Below are positions 17,879 to 28,000 of a DNA stretch of 40,859 nucleotides, piece after piece. The stretch is from Alphaproteobacteria bacterium. GTDB taxonomy: Bacteria > Pseudomonadota > Alphaproteobacteria > RUG11792. The position numbers were made by a program, and so were the translations under genes. The notes below the pieces were generated by a model. That model had not been told where the DNA came from and did no database searches. It was given only the letters and a program-made list of their open reading frames with translations. Every line of letters begins with the position of its first letter. The first letter of the stretch is position 1. The stretch is taken from positions 1-40,859 of the forward strand of contig JAFUUW010000002.1 in NCBI GenBank assembly GCA_017471265.1, written 5' to 3'.

Positions 17879-19069
17879 TCACTCATTGCCACCCTTCATA
17901 AAATTTTCAACGTTTAGGGCAACGTTGTATTTTTCGAAGTACGCCAGGCGGTTTGCATAAACCTCCTCTTTATGCGGCAGTGCCTGTATTTTTGCCGCTA
18001 ATTCCAGATAATTTCCCATATCGTACGTAAAAAAGGCTCTGCCTGCAAATTTTTTCAACTCACTACTCATAATGTTCCTGTTTACAAAAACGTTTTTGCA
18101 AAACTCCAGCGATGCAGAAAGAGTGCCAGAAGCAATTTCTCCGCATTCAACATTTGGCACAACAACATAGTCGCTGAACATATACGCCTCTTCAATTTCG
18201 TTGCTATCTTCCACAAATCCCATAAAGTGAACTCGACTGTTCAGCTTCAGCCATACAATTTTTCTGTTGAGTTCCTCAACCAGCGGATGTCCCCTCTTAA
18301 ACGTTGTGAATGCAAATGGATGTTGTCCACCGTATATGAAGAGGTGATAATTTTCAGGAAGATACGCCATAGCCTTCACAACCGAGCCAATATCTTTCCA
18401 ATCAGCAAAGTGACCAACCACGGATATGACCTTGACGCTATCGGGAAGCCGAATACCGTTCTTCTTCATATAATTTGCCCTGCTGAACTGTGCCTTCATA
18501 GCTATGCAATCATCTTGCCTTCGCCAACACAACGGAAGGGCGGTAATTTTAAGTTTGGGAAATAAGTTCGATAACAACATCTTTTCTCTTTGCGAATGGA
18601 CAATAAGTCTTCCGTCTACTTTTTTCAAAGTGCGAAGCAACTTATGAAAATATCTTACATTACGATTACGAATGAAAACAAAAATTTTCCCGAGCCCCAA
18701 TTTCGCAGGTAGAACTTGAGAAAGCATATCGTGCGCATCAAGAACGCAACTCCCCGGACGGCAGGATTTCACAATGCGGGTAATCCGAGACAAGCTAACA
18801 GACATTTTATATCCAAACGTTCCAAAAACACACTGAATATCCACAATGTCGAAATTTTTTAAACTATAACTAAGCTGCCTCAACATACTATAACATTCCA
18901 TCCTAGCGCCAGGCTGCGGACAAACGAACGGAACAGATGGAATAGCCAGAACCTGACACTCCCCCCCCCCCCCCGAGGTGCAATTTCTATCGAATTCACG
19001 TTTTAAGGCAACGGAATACTCAGAATTCCCCTCTTTCTCGCCCCAAACTGTAACTAATGCAACTTTCAT
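17879..19069 (-). CDS. GT-B fold (family 1/4-like) glycosyltransferase containing an in-frame poly-G tract
   Basis: 396-aa ORF. The C-terminal domain, ..HFMGFVEDSNEIEEAYMFSDYVVVPNVECGEIASGTLSASLEFCKNVFV.., matches the GT1/GT4 E-x7-E type nucleotide-sugar binding region. The N-terminus is MKVALVT. Confidence 0.65.
   Translation of the reverse strand: MKVALVTVWGEKEGNSEYSVALKREFDRNCTSGGGGECQVLAIPSVPFVCPQPGARMECYSMLRQLSYSLKNFDIVDIQCVFGTFGYKMSVSLSRITRIVKSCRPGSCVLDAHDMLSQVLPAKLGLGKIFVFIRNRNVRYFHKLLRTLKKVDGRLIVHSQREKMLLSNLFPKLKITALPLCWRRQDDCIAMKAQFSRANYMKKNGIRLPDSVKVISVVGHFADWKDIGSVVKAMAYLPENYHLFIYGGQHPFAFTTFKRGHPLVEELNRKIVWLKLNSRVHFMGFVEDSNEIEEAYMFSDYVVVPNVECGEIASGTLSASLEFCKNVFVNRNIMSSELKKFAGRAFFTYDMGNYLELAAKIQALPHKEEVYANRLAYFEKYNVALNVENFMKGGNE
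18961..18974 (-). repeat. Homopolymeric G14 tract (C14 on the plus strand) in codons ~32-37 of the glycosyltransferase
   Basis: Read directly: 14 consecutive C at 18961-18974, encoding S-G-G-G-G-E in frame. Confidence 0.95.
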
Positions 19070-19239
19070 ACACTACGCATAAAACACCCTCATCCCCATT
19101 ATACAGCACATATTGGTGATTCCAGAAAAATTCCTTACTTGCAATGCCGATTCTTGACTGGCGGCTACAGAGCAATGACGTTAATGTATTCTAGATGTCC
19201 AGGCGCCCATATTTTTTTCATCGAACATGGCAAGATCTC

Positions 19240-20013
19240 CTATTTTTCTTTTCTGCTCACCTCCTTTTCATTAAGCCCTGTTTTATATTTTTTGCCTTGG
19301 AGCACATTGCGGTATTTGTATTGCCTTTTCATTCTCGATGTAACTTTAGAAAAATCGGTTTTCATATTCCAGGAAAATATGCGTTTGTTTTCGGAAACAT
19401 CCCTATACTCAATACCTTCCGGCATCTTCTCCATTTTTCGCCCCGCTACATATTCAGATATTGCAATATCAAGGTTACGCAACGTCCCCGTGTCTTGTTT
19501 TATCGTCCATATAACATCGGGCGGCATATACTTTAGCGATAGAAAATATCCCATAACATCGCAAGCAGCGAAAAGGGCAATCATCAGCATAAGGTATATT
19601 TTTCCATTGCTACGGTTTATTCGCCTAGTTTCCAAGCAGGTGAAAAGCAAGTATAAAACGAACGACAAGATGCTTATGGCGATCATCCACAGGCAGTCTT
19701 TTTCGGCATCTCCGTTGAAGTACGCCTGAAAGACACGAGCAGCGAAGAAGGTCAAAAATAGAATTAACATAAAGAACAGGAACGAAGCGATGCGCCTGCC
19801 CTTCGGTTCTCTCGGTTTGCAAAAAAGGTACCCCAAAAGTACGAATGTCGATACCAACATAGTTGACAGACAGTACCAGTATTCATCACCGAGCAGTGGA
19901 AGCTGCAGCTCCGAGGCGGGCAAGTTGTCTTCAATAGCAAAACATAAGATTGAGCAAAAGTTGTAAAGGAACAGAAGGACGAAAAACGAGAATGTCGCCG
20001 AGACTTTAAACAT
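19240..20013 (-). CDS. Hypothetical integral membrane protein (about 5 TM segments plus a basic C-terminal tail), co-directional with and upstream of the GT-B glycosyltransferase
   Basis: 257-aa ORF with hydrophobic segments: FSFFVLLFLYNFCSILCF, LSTMLVSTFVLLGYLF, IASFLFFMLILFLTFFAA, LWMIAISILSFVLYLLF and IYLMLMIALFAACDVMGYF. I preferred it over the overlapping plus-strand ORF 19139-19729. Confidence 0.5.
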   Translation of the reverse strand: MFKVSATFSFFVLLFLYNFCSILCFAIEDNLPASELQLPLLGDEYWYCLSTMLVSTFVLLGYLFCKPREPKGRRIASFLFFMLILFLTFFAARVFQAYFNGDAEKDCLWMIAISILSFVLYLLFTCLETRRINRSNGKIYLMLMIALFAACDVMGYFLSLKYMPPDVIWTIKQDTGTLRNLDIAISEYVAGRKMEKMPEGIEYRDVSENKRIFSWNMKTDFSKVTSRMKRQYKYRNVLQGKKYKTGLNEKEVSRKEK

Positions 20014-20090
20014 TTTCCAATCTCCCCTCCAAGCACCCTTACATTTTCAGTATATCATAAAAATAATAGGTGGGGCAAAAATGTTTTTAG

Positions 20091-20257
20091 ATTATTATTT
20101 TTTCCAAAAGGGATGAGAAAAATAAACTGATTTGCCGAGCTGCAGTCAAGCTTGAAGGACGAAGTCCGAAAAGCAGGCTGCAGGGCGCAGCGTGGCTTGA
20201 CGGCTTAGCGAAAAGGCAAATCAGTACAATGCGTCCCGCCTTTTGGAAAAGAAATAA
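20091..20257 (+). repeat. ~165-bp nested palindromic repeat element, copy C
   Basis: It has the same arms and core. It lies in the divergent intergenic region of the glycosyltransferase cluster. Confidence 0.9.
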
Positions 20258-20476
20258 TCATGATTAAGTATTCGCTTTTATGCTAAGGAAAAATACTCGT
20301 CCATTACATGAGCATGCCTATCGAGTCGATTTTCGATAATTTTATAACAAGTTGCAAAATGCGAATTCACTTGATGTTACAACATCAGAAGTTGAAGCAA
20401 CGGGCACTTATGATGGTGCTTCATAGTAGGTCGTGTTACACTCACCGTTATATTCCCGCTTATTCCGAGAATTCGT

Positions 20477-21235
20477 ATGGTTTCCGTGATAATCCCGACT
20501 TTACAAAAAGATAGGGCGAACCTGGATTTGCTAGTGCAGACGCTTGCGGACGATGCTGCCGTATCTGAAATATTGCTAATAGACAACAGCTGTCAGGGGT
20601 ACATGGCTAGCTCAGAAAAGGTAAGGGTGATATTGCCCGAAAGAAACCTTTTCGTTAATCCAAGTTTGAATCTCGGGGTGCGTGAGGCGAAGAATGACCT
20701 ATTTGCATACTTCAACGACGACGTCCTGGTTTGCGAAAATTTTTGTTCGAAGGTTCAGCAGCTGATTTCACGGGAACACTCGTTTGGTTCGTTGATTATG
20801 GCTATGACAAGCATTGTAAATACGAAGCGGCTCGCGCTACCATCAGAGACCGATTTCAGGGTTGTGCCGGTCGAAGCTCTACCGGATAAATACGCCGGGC
20901 AAGTGTACAGCTGCATAATGTTCAGCCGTAAGAAAATCTGGAAGGACATTCCGGAGCACATCAAAGTACTGTGTGGCGACGATTTCATAATACAGAATTG
21001 CCGGGAGAATGGATACGGCGTCTTCTCATTGCACGATGCGATAGTTTTTCATCTTGGATCGTTGTCGACCAGTAATCCTAAATTGCATAAAATTGTAGTC
21101 GCGGATATACTAGCATATGCGAAGATAAATAAGCTATTCAAGAACAACCCCGCATATAAACATGCGAACCGAGGGAGGCTAACACGATTTGTGAGGGGGA
21201 TAAAAGGGCTGCTTGGCATAGGCAGTGGGGAATAA
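20477..21235 (+). CDS. Family 2 (GT-A fold) glycosyltransferase
   Basis: 252-aa ORF. The N-terminal VSVIIPT, LIDNS and the DxD-type FNDDV motif are typical of GT2 enzymes. Confidence 0.7.
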   Translation: MVSVIIPTLQKDRANLDLLVQTLADDAAVSEILLIDNSCQGYMASSEKVRVILPERNLFVNPSLNLGVREAKNDLFAYFNDDVLVCENFCSKVQQLISREHSFGSLIMAMTSIVNTKRLALPSETDFRVVPVEALPDKYAGQVYSCIMFSRKKIWKDIPEHIKVLCGDDFIIQNCRENGYGVFSLHDAIVFHLGSLSTSNPKLHKIVVADILAYAKINKLFKNNPAYKHANRGRLTRFVRGIKGLLGIGSGE

Positions 21236-21297
21236 ATACACTCCGTACTTTGGGGTCGAACCATGCCCTATAGTTTGGGGGGATATATACACGGTAA

Positions 21298-21864
21298 TTT
21301 ATTCCCAAAACATGAGGTGGGTAAAAACTCTAGTCTTTAGGCGAATACTTTAGTATAATGTGGGGTATGGCATATAGAAAGAACTTCGCATAGCGCATGC
21401 GATGTAGAATGTCGCGTAGTATTTCTGTACAAAATATAGACATAGGAGCCTATACGGTAATATTGCTGAAAGATGCATAAAAGCGATAACGGAGGTACGC
21501 TCTGCCAATTACGTAGCCATAAATGAAAACGTGAGGCTCACTTAGATCACCTGCTAATCTCGGCACCTCCACATCTCTCAGTATCAAAAGTTGTACAACA
21601 CATCAAGGGTAAAAGTAGCGAAAAACTACAAGGTGAGTTTCAGGAAGCAAGGAAACGGTACTGGGGACAACACCTATGGGCAAGAGGGTATCTTGCCGCA
21701 ACGTTTGGACAGATAAGTGCAAATAAGGTACAAAAATATATAGAGAAACGAGAAGTACATCATAAGTATGGTAACTTTGAAATATCAGATTTCCAACGGT
21801 TTACTCTCTTAATTCACTCTTCAAGCGAACCCCATCCAGCGTTTAGCCGGCCGGTTATCTATTT
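21298..21864 (+). mobile_element. Degenerate IS200-like element, copy 6 (near full length, 567 bp)
   Basis: The C-terminal half of TnpA is almost readable: VSKVVQHIKGKSSEKLQGEFQEARKRYWGQHLWARGYLAATFGQISANKVQKYIEKRE. The N-terminal half has several stops. Confidence 0.85.
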
Positions 21865-21945
21865 ATATTCCTTCAATAAAATCCATTCATTATCCCAACT
21901 ATCCCATGGAGACAGTATCCCGTTTCACCTATGTCTCTGACACTT

Positions 21946-22776
21946 TCATTCCCCATCCGTTGGCGAAGTTGTGCAGATAGGATTTTTTGCGGGAGGGGTT
22001 ATGAAATCAATCATTTCGGAGATATGGGCGTTGCTACCGTACTTTTCTCGCACGTGCGATAGATTTTCCGTAAAGTGCGATGTTCCATCTGCCCCCTCAA
22101 ACATTTCTCGGTAAGCCTGTACCATCAGTTGTATCTCCTCAAGAGGAAAGCCACGGCGTTTGAGACCGATTATATTTAGACCGTGAAGCGTGGTTATTCT
22201 GTCGCTTCGAGCTACTCCATAAGGTATGATGTCTCGATCGACTCCGGTGCATCCACCGATCATAGCGTGGCAGCCTATTCTCACAAATTGCTTCACCGCG
22301 GACATTCCGCCAATTATTGCGTGATCTCCCACTACGACGTGCCCAGAAAGGTTGACGCCGTTTACGAGTATGACGTTGTTTCCAACGATGCAATCGTGAG
22401 CTATATGGCAGTAAGCCATAACCAGGCAGTTATCCCCGATTTTCGTCAGCATACCGCCACCTTCAGTACCTATATTCGCGGTAACGTACTCGCGGATCGT
22501 TGCGTTTTTCCCAATTTCCAGGCGGGACTTTTCGCCTTTGTATTTCAGATCCTGCGGTTTTTGCCCGAGCGAAGCGAATGGATACACCACCGAACCTTCG
22601 CCTATCGTCGTATTCTCCGTAACAACCACGTGGGACTGTAGCCTGACCCCTGCTTCCAGTATGACATCCTTACCGACACAACAATACGCTCCTACGTATG
22701 CGTCATCGCCTATTGTCGCGCCATCTTCTACTATGGCAGTTTCGTGTATAACTGCGGAGCGGCTAATGCCAGGCAT
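21946..22776 (-). CDS. lpxA: Acyl-ACP--UDP-N-acetylglucosamine O-acyltransferase
   Basis: Hexapeptide-repeat left-handed beta-helix followed by the LpxA C-terminal helical domain (..LHGLNIIGLKRRGF..). ATG 22776 overlaps the fabZ stop (TGATG). A GTG at 22779 is also possible. Confidence 0.93.
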   Translation of the reverse strand: MPGISRSAVIHETAIVEDGATIGDDAYVGAYCCVGKDVILEAGVRLQSHVVVTENTTIGEGSVVYPFASLGQKPQDLKYKGEKSRLEIGKNATIREYVTANIGTEGGGMLTKIGDNCLVMAYCHIAHDCIVGNNVILVNGVNLSGHVVVGDHAIIGGMSAVKQFVRIGCHAMIGGCTGVDRDIIPYGVARSDRITTLHGLNIIGLKRRGFPLEEIQLMVQAYREMFEGADGTSHFTENLSHVREKYGSNAHISEMIDFITPPAKNPICTTSPTDGE

Positions 22777-23246
22777 CACTTACACTCCGGTATCATAGCT
22801 TTGAACTCAGCTTCGGAAGCAAGAGTATCCTCGACAAAAGCCTCACCTCGGAAGCGCCAAAACTTATTGCCATGCCGTTGTTCAATTGAGATGGTCATAC
22901 GAACGACATCCCCCGGCACGACCGGCTTACGGAATTTCGCATTTTCGATGGAAGTGAAATACACGAATTCGGAACTGCCAGGTTTGCACGCTCCTTCGTC
23001 AAACAGTGTCGAAAAGGCGAGTACACCCGCTGCCTGCGCCATACTCTCTATGAGGAGCACTCCTGGTACAACCGGATAATTCGGGAAGTGCCCTTGAAAG
23101 AACCACTCGTTATTCGAGACATTCTTAAACGCCACACAAGATTTTCCGACTTCGATATCCTTGATGCGGTCAACAAGCAAAAATGGATAGCGGTGAGGAA
23201 TAATCTTTTTTATATCCTCAGCGAGCAATACTTTCTTATTTTCCAT
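22776..23246 (-). CDS. fabZ: 3-hydroxyacyl-ACP dehydratase
   Basis: The sequence reads IKKIIPHRYPFLLVDRI..FFQGHFPNYPVVPGVLLIESMAQ. The start is set at ATG 23246 (MENKK..). The ORF-track extension would overlap secG. Confidence 0.93.
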   Translation of the reverse strand: MENKKVLLAEDIKKIIPHRYPFLLVDRIKDIEVGKSCVAFKNVSNNEWFFQGHFPNYPVVPGVLLIESMAQAAGVLAFSTLFDEGACKPGSSEFVYFTSIENAKFRKPVVPGDVVRMTISIEQRHGNKFWRFRGEAFVEDTLASEAEFKAMIPECK

Positions 23247-23589
23247 TTTTCTTTTCCTTCGGAGTAATTGGAGCACTTGGAGCTTGCGATACCGGTGCTT
23301 TTTCCTTTGGAGTGGTATCAAGCGCCAATTTATCAGCCGGATCGATTATGGTTTGAGCATTTCGAATTTTCGAGGAATCTATGGTCGCCATCAGAATGCA
23401 ATTCACCAAAAATATGGAAGCAAGGATCCACGTCGCCTTTGTCAGCATAGTTGACGTTCCGCGGGCGCTGAACATACTTCCGCTGCCACTGCTGGCAAAT
23501 AACGAACTACCGCCTTCATTCTTCTGAATTAACACGATCAAAATCAGAAGAATAGTAACCAAAACGTGAAGTGCAAGCAGTATACCCAT
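23236..23589 (-). CDS. secG: Preprotein translocase subunit SecG
   Basis: 117-aa ORF, LLILIVLIQKNEGGSSLFASSGSGSMFSARG, with two TM segments. This is the typical SecG signature. Confidence 0.88.
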   Translation of the reverse strand: MGILLALHVLVTILLILIVLIQKNEGGSSLFASSGSGSMFSARGTSTMLTKATWILASIFLVNCILMATIDSSKIRNAQTIIDPADKLALDTTPKEKAPVSQAPSAPITPKEKKNGK

Positions 23590-23590
23590 T

Positions 23591-24184
23591 TTATTCTCCT
23601 TTTTGTTTATTGCTCGCGTTTGTGTGAGCAGTCAAAATCGTTATGATGAGTGAGCCTTCAAGTTTTGGAGAGTTCTCTGGCTTTGCGAAATCCCGACAAA
23701 ACTCCAAAACCTTCTTAACAACCCCGTGCCCCAACTCTTGTCGGCTCATCTCTCGCCCGCGAAAACGCAAAACCAACTTTACCTTATTTCCAGCTTCGAT
23801 AAACTTCTTTATGGCTCGGCATTTAACCATAAGATCGTTCTCCCCGATAAATGGACGGAGCTGGATCTCCTTTATATCAATGGTCTTCTGTTTTTTTCGA
23901 GACTCGGCTTTCTTTTTCTGCTGCTCGTATTTGTATTTCCCATAATCAAGGATTTTGCAAACAGGCGGTTTTGAATCCGGAGCAACCATAACCAAGTCAA
24001 GTCCAGCATCCTCTGCGGCTATCCTTGCTTCTCTGACCGAGACAATACCCAATGCCTCACCACCTGCTCCAATCAACCTAACTTCAGAAACTCCCCGAAA
24101 TTGATCAACCTGCCCACCTTCAGGTCTTTGAACAGCGCCTATCCTCGCCAAAAATATCTCTAACACAAACGCACTACGTACCAT
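23591..24184 (-). CDS. infC: Translation initiation factor IF-3
   Basis: The sequence reads EVRLIGAGGEALGIVSVREARIAAEDAGLDLVMVAPDSKPPVCKILDYGKYKYE and IKEIQLRPFIGENDL. The start is placed at ATG 24184, preceded by AGAGGAGGA. A downstream non-ATG start cannot be excluded. Confidence 0.88.
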   Translation of the reverse strand: MVRSAFVLEIFLARIGAVQRPEGGQVDQFRGVSEVRLIGAGGEALGIVSVREARIAAEDAGLDLVMVAPDSKPPVCKILDYGKYKYEQQKKKAESRKKQKTIDIKEIQLRPFIGENDLMVKCRAIKKFIEAGNKVKLVLRFRGREMSRQELGHGVVKKVLEFCRDFAKPENSPKLEGSLIITILTAHTNASNKQKGE

Positions 24185-24574
24185 TGTAAATCCTCCTCTG
24201 CTTTCACTACAAGGGAAATTTGGGAATTGGGAGCGACAAATACGCTGGAAAGATGAATACATATTCGCCAGAAGCAGGAACGGGGATATAGAAAAGTCTC
24301 TATCTTTATCAATGATATCAAATCGCAGGTTTTTGTTACACAAAATTACACATATAGATATTCAAATTCGTTTTGCTTTTATTATACGATTAAAATGAAT
24401 CCTAAAATGATGTACATAATTTTCGCGTTTATCATAAATTCTTTCTAACCTATAAACCCTGAAATCTTAACCAGGATACCCTTGTTGGCTCCAGGATATG
24501 GAAAGTAACCTGGAGCTTTCCCCTTTGCGTCGTGTGCAGAATGCGGGGCGTCTGACATTGTCGATTGTGAATTG

Positions 24575-24738
24575 TTATGTTTTTTCCCAAAAAGGGGCGA
24601 AGAAAAAGTTCTGATTTGCCGAGCGGCAGTCAAGCCTATAGGGCAAAGCCCGAAAAGCAAGCCGTAGGCGCCGCGTGGCTTGACGGCACGCGGAAAGGCA
24701 AATCAGTATAATGCGAGCAGCCCTTTGGGAAAAATAAC
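24575..24738 (+). repeat. ~165-bp nested palindromic repeat element, copy D
   Basis: It has the same arms and core. It lies between the dnaE stop and the infC leader. Confidence 0.9.
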
Positions 24739-25018
24739 AACAACAAAATCTGTAATACTGATGAAAAACAGAAATATACTTTCAAATTAGAAGAAGCGTG
24801 AAAATATCTGCGAGCAAAAACCGCAGGATTTTATAAAATTCGATATTTTGCTAAGAGTACGCTACTTCTATTAATACCATCCATTGTGCGTTGTTGAATG
24901 AAAAAAGATAAAACACATTATTGCAATTTTTACTCATAACTGAAGCCTTACCATCCCTCATATCATATATAAAACATCTTCATTATTAAAGTATTCGGGC
25001 TTTTTTAAGCTCAACTTT

Positions 25019-28000
25019 TTACTTTCTCTTGAAAAATTCTACGCCGAGGATGGACGCTATTATCTTTCTATTTTCGACGGAGAGTCGCTTTTTGTATTTT
25101 GTCTCGATTTCAACTTTTCGACCGTTTGGTTTCTGCACGATGAACGATACGGCGTTGTTGCCGTTTTCCATCCGCTCCAGGGCGTCATAGAGGGCACCGA
25201 CGTCGGCGTTATCGCTCAGCAAAATATACGCCTTTTGGTGCTCAGCTATTTGAGATATATTCTCGACTGACGTTGCAAGCAGCTTCGTATTCTCAGCCTC
25301 TGTCTTTACGGTAACCTCCAGCATAAGCGGCGTACCGATCGTGAGGTACTCTTTCGCTTGGGCGTATGCCTCCGGGAAGATGGTTACCTCAAATGAATTG
25401 TCCTGGTCGGATATTGTCAAAAATGCATACTTTTGCCCATTCTTCGACAGCTTCTCCTTCTTCGATATTAGGATGCCTGCCGTAGTGATGTTCTGCGGAC
25501 AAGATTTGAAATTGCGACTTCGGGTTATTGAAAAACGTTCCAAGAATTCGGCATATATATCCATAGGGTGGGCGTTCAAATAAAAACCTATGGCTTGCCG
25601 TTCCAAATCCAAAGCTTCAATCGAGTTCCAATCCGGAACATTCTTTAGTTCAGTTGTTCCAGATGTAGCATCTCCGAAAAGTGATTTCTGAGCAGAGTTT
25701 CCCGTTTCGGCAAATTTCTGCAAAATTCCGATGGATTCGAATATCTGTCGGCGATTCTTGTGAATGGAATCAAATGCTCCGGAATAAGCGAGTATTTCCA
25801 GCTGCCGCGAATTGAGGGATGAATTAACCATACGCTTGAAGAAATCGAAGATATCTTTGAAAGCGCCATTCTTGTCTCGCTCAGCGATAATACTACCTAC
25901 GACCGCAGCACCGCATCCTTTTAGTGCGCAGAGAGCGTATCGTATGTCGTTCTCGCCTTCGCCAGAAAAGTACGTATCGGACTTGTTGATATCTGGCGGA
26001 AGCATATTTATGCCTGATTTGCGAGCATCTTGGATAAACACAGCAATTTTGTCTGTGTTCGTGGAATCCATATTCATTGAGGCAATATAGAACTCTCGCT
26101 TGTAGTTTGCCTTCAGGAATGCAGTTTGGTACGACACAACAGCATAAGCGGCAGCGTGCGATCGGTTAAATCCATAACCTGCAAATTTTTCCATAAGCGC
26201 GAAAACCTGATCGGCGACCTTTCGCCCTATTCCCTTTACAGCGGCTCCATTCGCAAATATCTCGCGGTTTTTCGCCATTTCCTCCTTTATCTTCTTTCCC
26301 ATAGCTCTGCGGAGAAGATCCGCACCGGCGAGGCTATATCCTCCCATAATCTGCGCGGTTTGCATAACCTGCTCTTGATATATCATTATGCCGTACGTGT
26401 GCTTGAGTATTGGTTCAAGGAGCGGGTGGAGGTACTCCGTCTGTTCGCGACCGTGTTTTCGTTCAATATACGTTGGTATGTTGTCCATAGGACCAGGTCG
26501 ATAGAGAGAAACGAGGGCAATTATATCCTCCAGGGTATCCGGCTGAAGCTTTTGAATGACGTCACGCATACCAGAGCTTTCAAGTTGGAAGACACCTATA
26601 ACATCAGCAGCACATATAAGCGAGAAGGTTTTTGGATCTTCCATATCTATCTTAGACATATCGAGATCGATACCACGGTATTTTTTTATGTATTCACAAG
26701 CGTGCTTTATGACTGTCAATGTCTTCAGCCCCAAAAAGTCGAACTTGACAAGACCAGCGCTCTCAACGAATTTCATATTAAATTGCGTTATCGCCATATC
26801 GGTTTCGCCATCTGAATACAGCGGCACAAGTTCGTCTATACTTTCATTGCCTATGACGATACCCGCTGCATGCATCGACGCGTGTCGGAACAACCCTTCC
26901 AGTTGCAACCCTGTGTTTATCAAAAAAGCGACGGTTTCGTCTTCCGCCATCATCTGACGTAACTGTGGTTCTATCTCAAGCGCCTGTGGCAAATCAACCG
27001 GATTTGCCGGGTTTTGTGGTACAAGCTTGCATATCTTGTCAACCTGCCCATAAGGCATTTGGATAACACGTCCGACGTCTCGCAGTACATTACGAGCCTG
27101 GAGTTTTCCGAGCGCTATAATATGCGCAACTCTGTCTTTCCCATACTTCGATTGAACGTAACGTATAACATCCTCACGTCCCTCCTGGCAAAAATCGATA
27201 TCGAAGTCAGGCATCGAGACACGCTCTGGGTTTAGGAAGCGCTCAAACAGCAGGTGGTACCTGAGCGGATCCAGCTCGGTTATAAACAGGCACCACCCGA
27301 CGAGAGAGCCAGCCCCTGAGCCGCGACCTGGTCCCACGGGGATATTATGCTGCTTCGACCATTTAACGAAGTCGGAAACTATCAGAAAGTACCCGCTGAA
27401 ACCCATCTTTTTGATGACGTCAAGTTCGAACTCTAGGCGCTTGAGATACTCCGCTTCAACCTCCTTTGGATCGGTGTCGGCATTTGTTTTGTAATGCAAG
27501 ACCTGCTCCTGCAGTCTCTTTGCGAGCCCCGCTCGAGCCTGTCGGTCGAGTATATCATCCTCGTTATCACCTGTTTCATCGCAAAAGCGAGGAAGTATCG
27601 GCTTCTTTTTTTCAGGCATAAATGAGCAACGCTGTGCTATAAACGCCGTATTTTCCACGGCTTCCGGTAAATCGACGAAAAGAGCATACATCTCTTCGGA
27701 TGATTTCAAATAATGCTCTTCAGAAACACGCCGACGCTCTTTGACAGTCATATACGTACCATCGGCTATACAAAGCAGAGCGTCATGCGACATATGCATA
27801 GACTTGTCGAGGAAGAATACCTCGTTAGTCGCAACAATAGGTACGTTATTTTGAAATGCAAAATTTACGAAAAAATCTTCTGTACGTTTTTCATCCGGCT
27901 CATTCGTCCTCGAAATCTCGATGTACACATTGCCCCGAAAAATCGAACTTACATCGCTCAAGAACTCACCGGCTCGCGCTCTCTTGCTGTTTATGAATAA

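Noticed and set aside
19139-19729. 196-aa plus-strand ORF overlapping the membrane-protein gene
   Set aside because: It overlaps the 257-aa minus-strand ORF, which has a coherent TM-helix pattern and operon logic with the downstream glycosyltransferase. The plus-strand ORF has no motif support. Strand choice remains only moderately confident.
24130-24184. infC apparently using ATG with a strong Shine-Dalgarno instead of the autoregulatory AUU/AUA start
   Set aside because: The true start cannot be fixed from sequence. In-frame ATA codons lie just downstream, and the N-terminal residues from the ATG are atypically hydrophobic. I am not confident enough to call this a finding.
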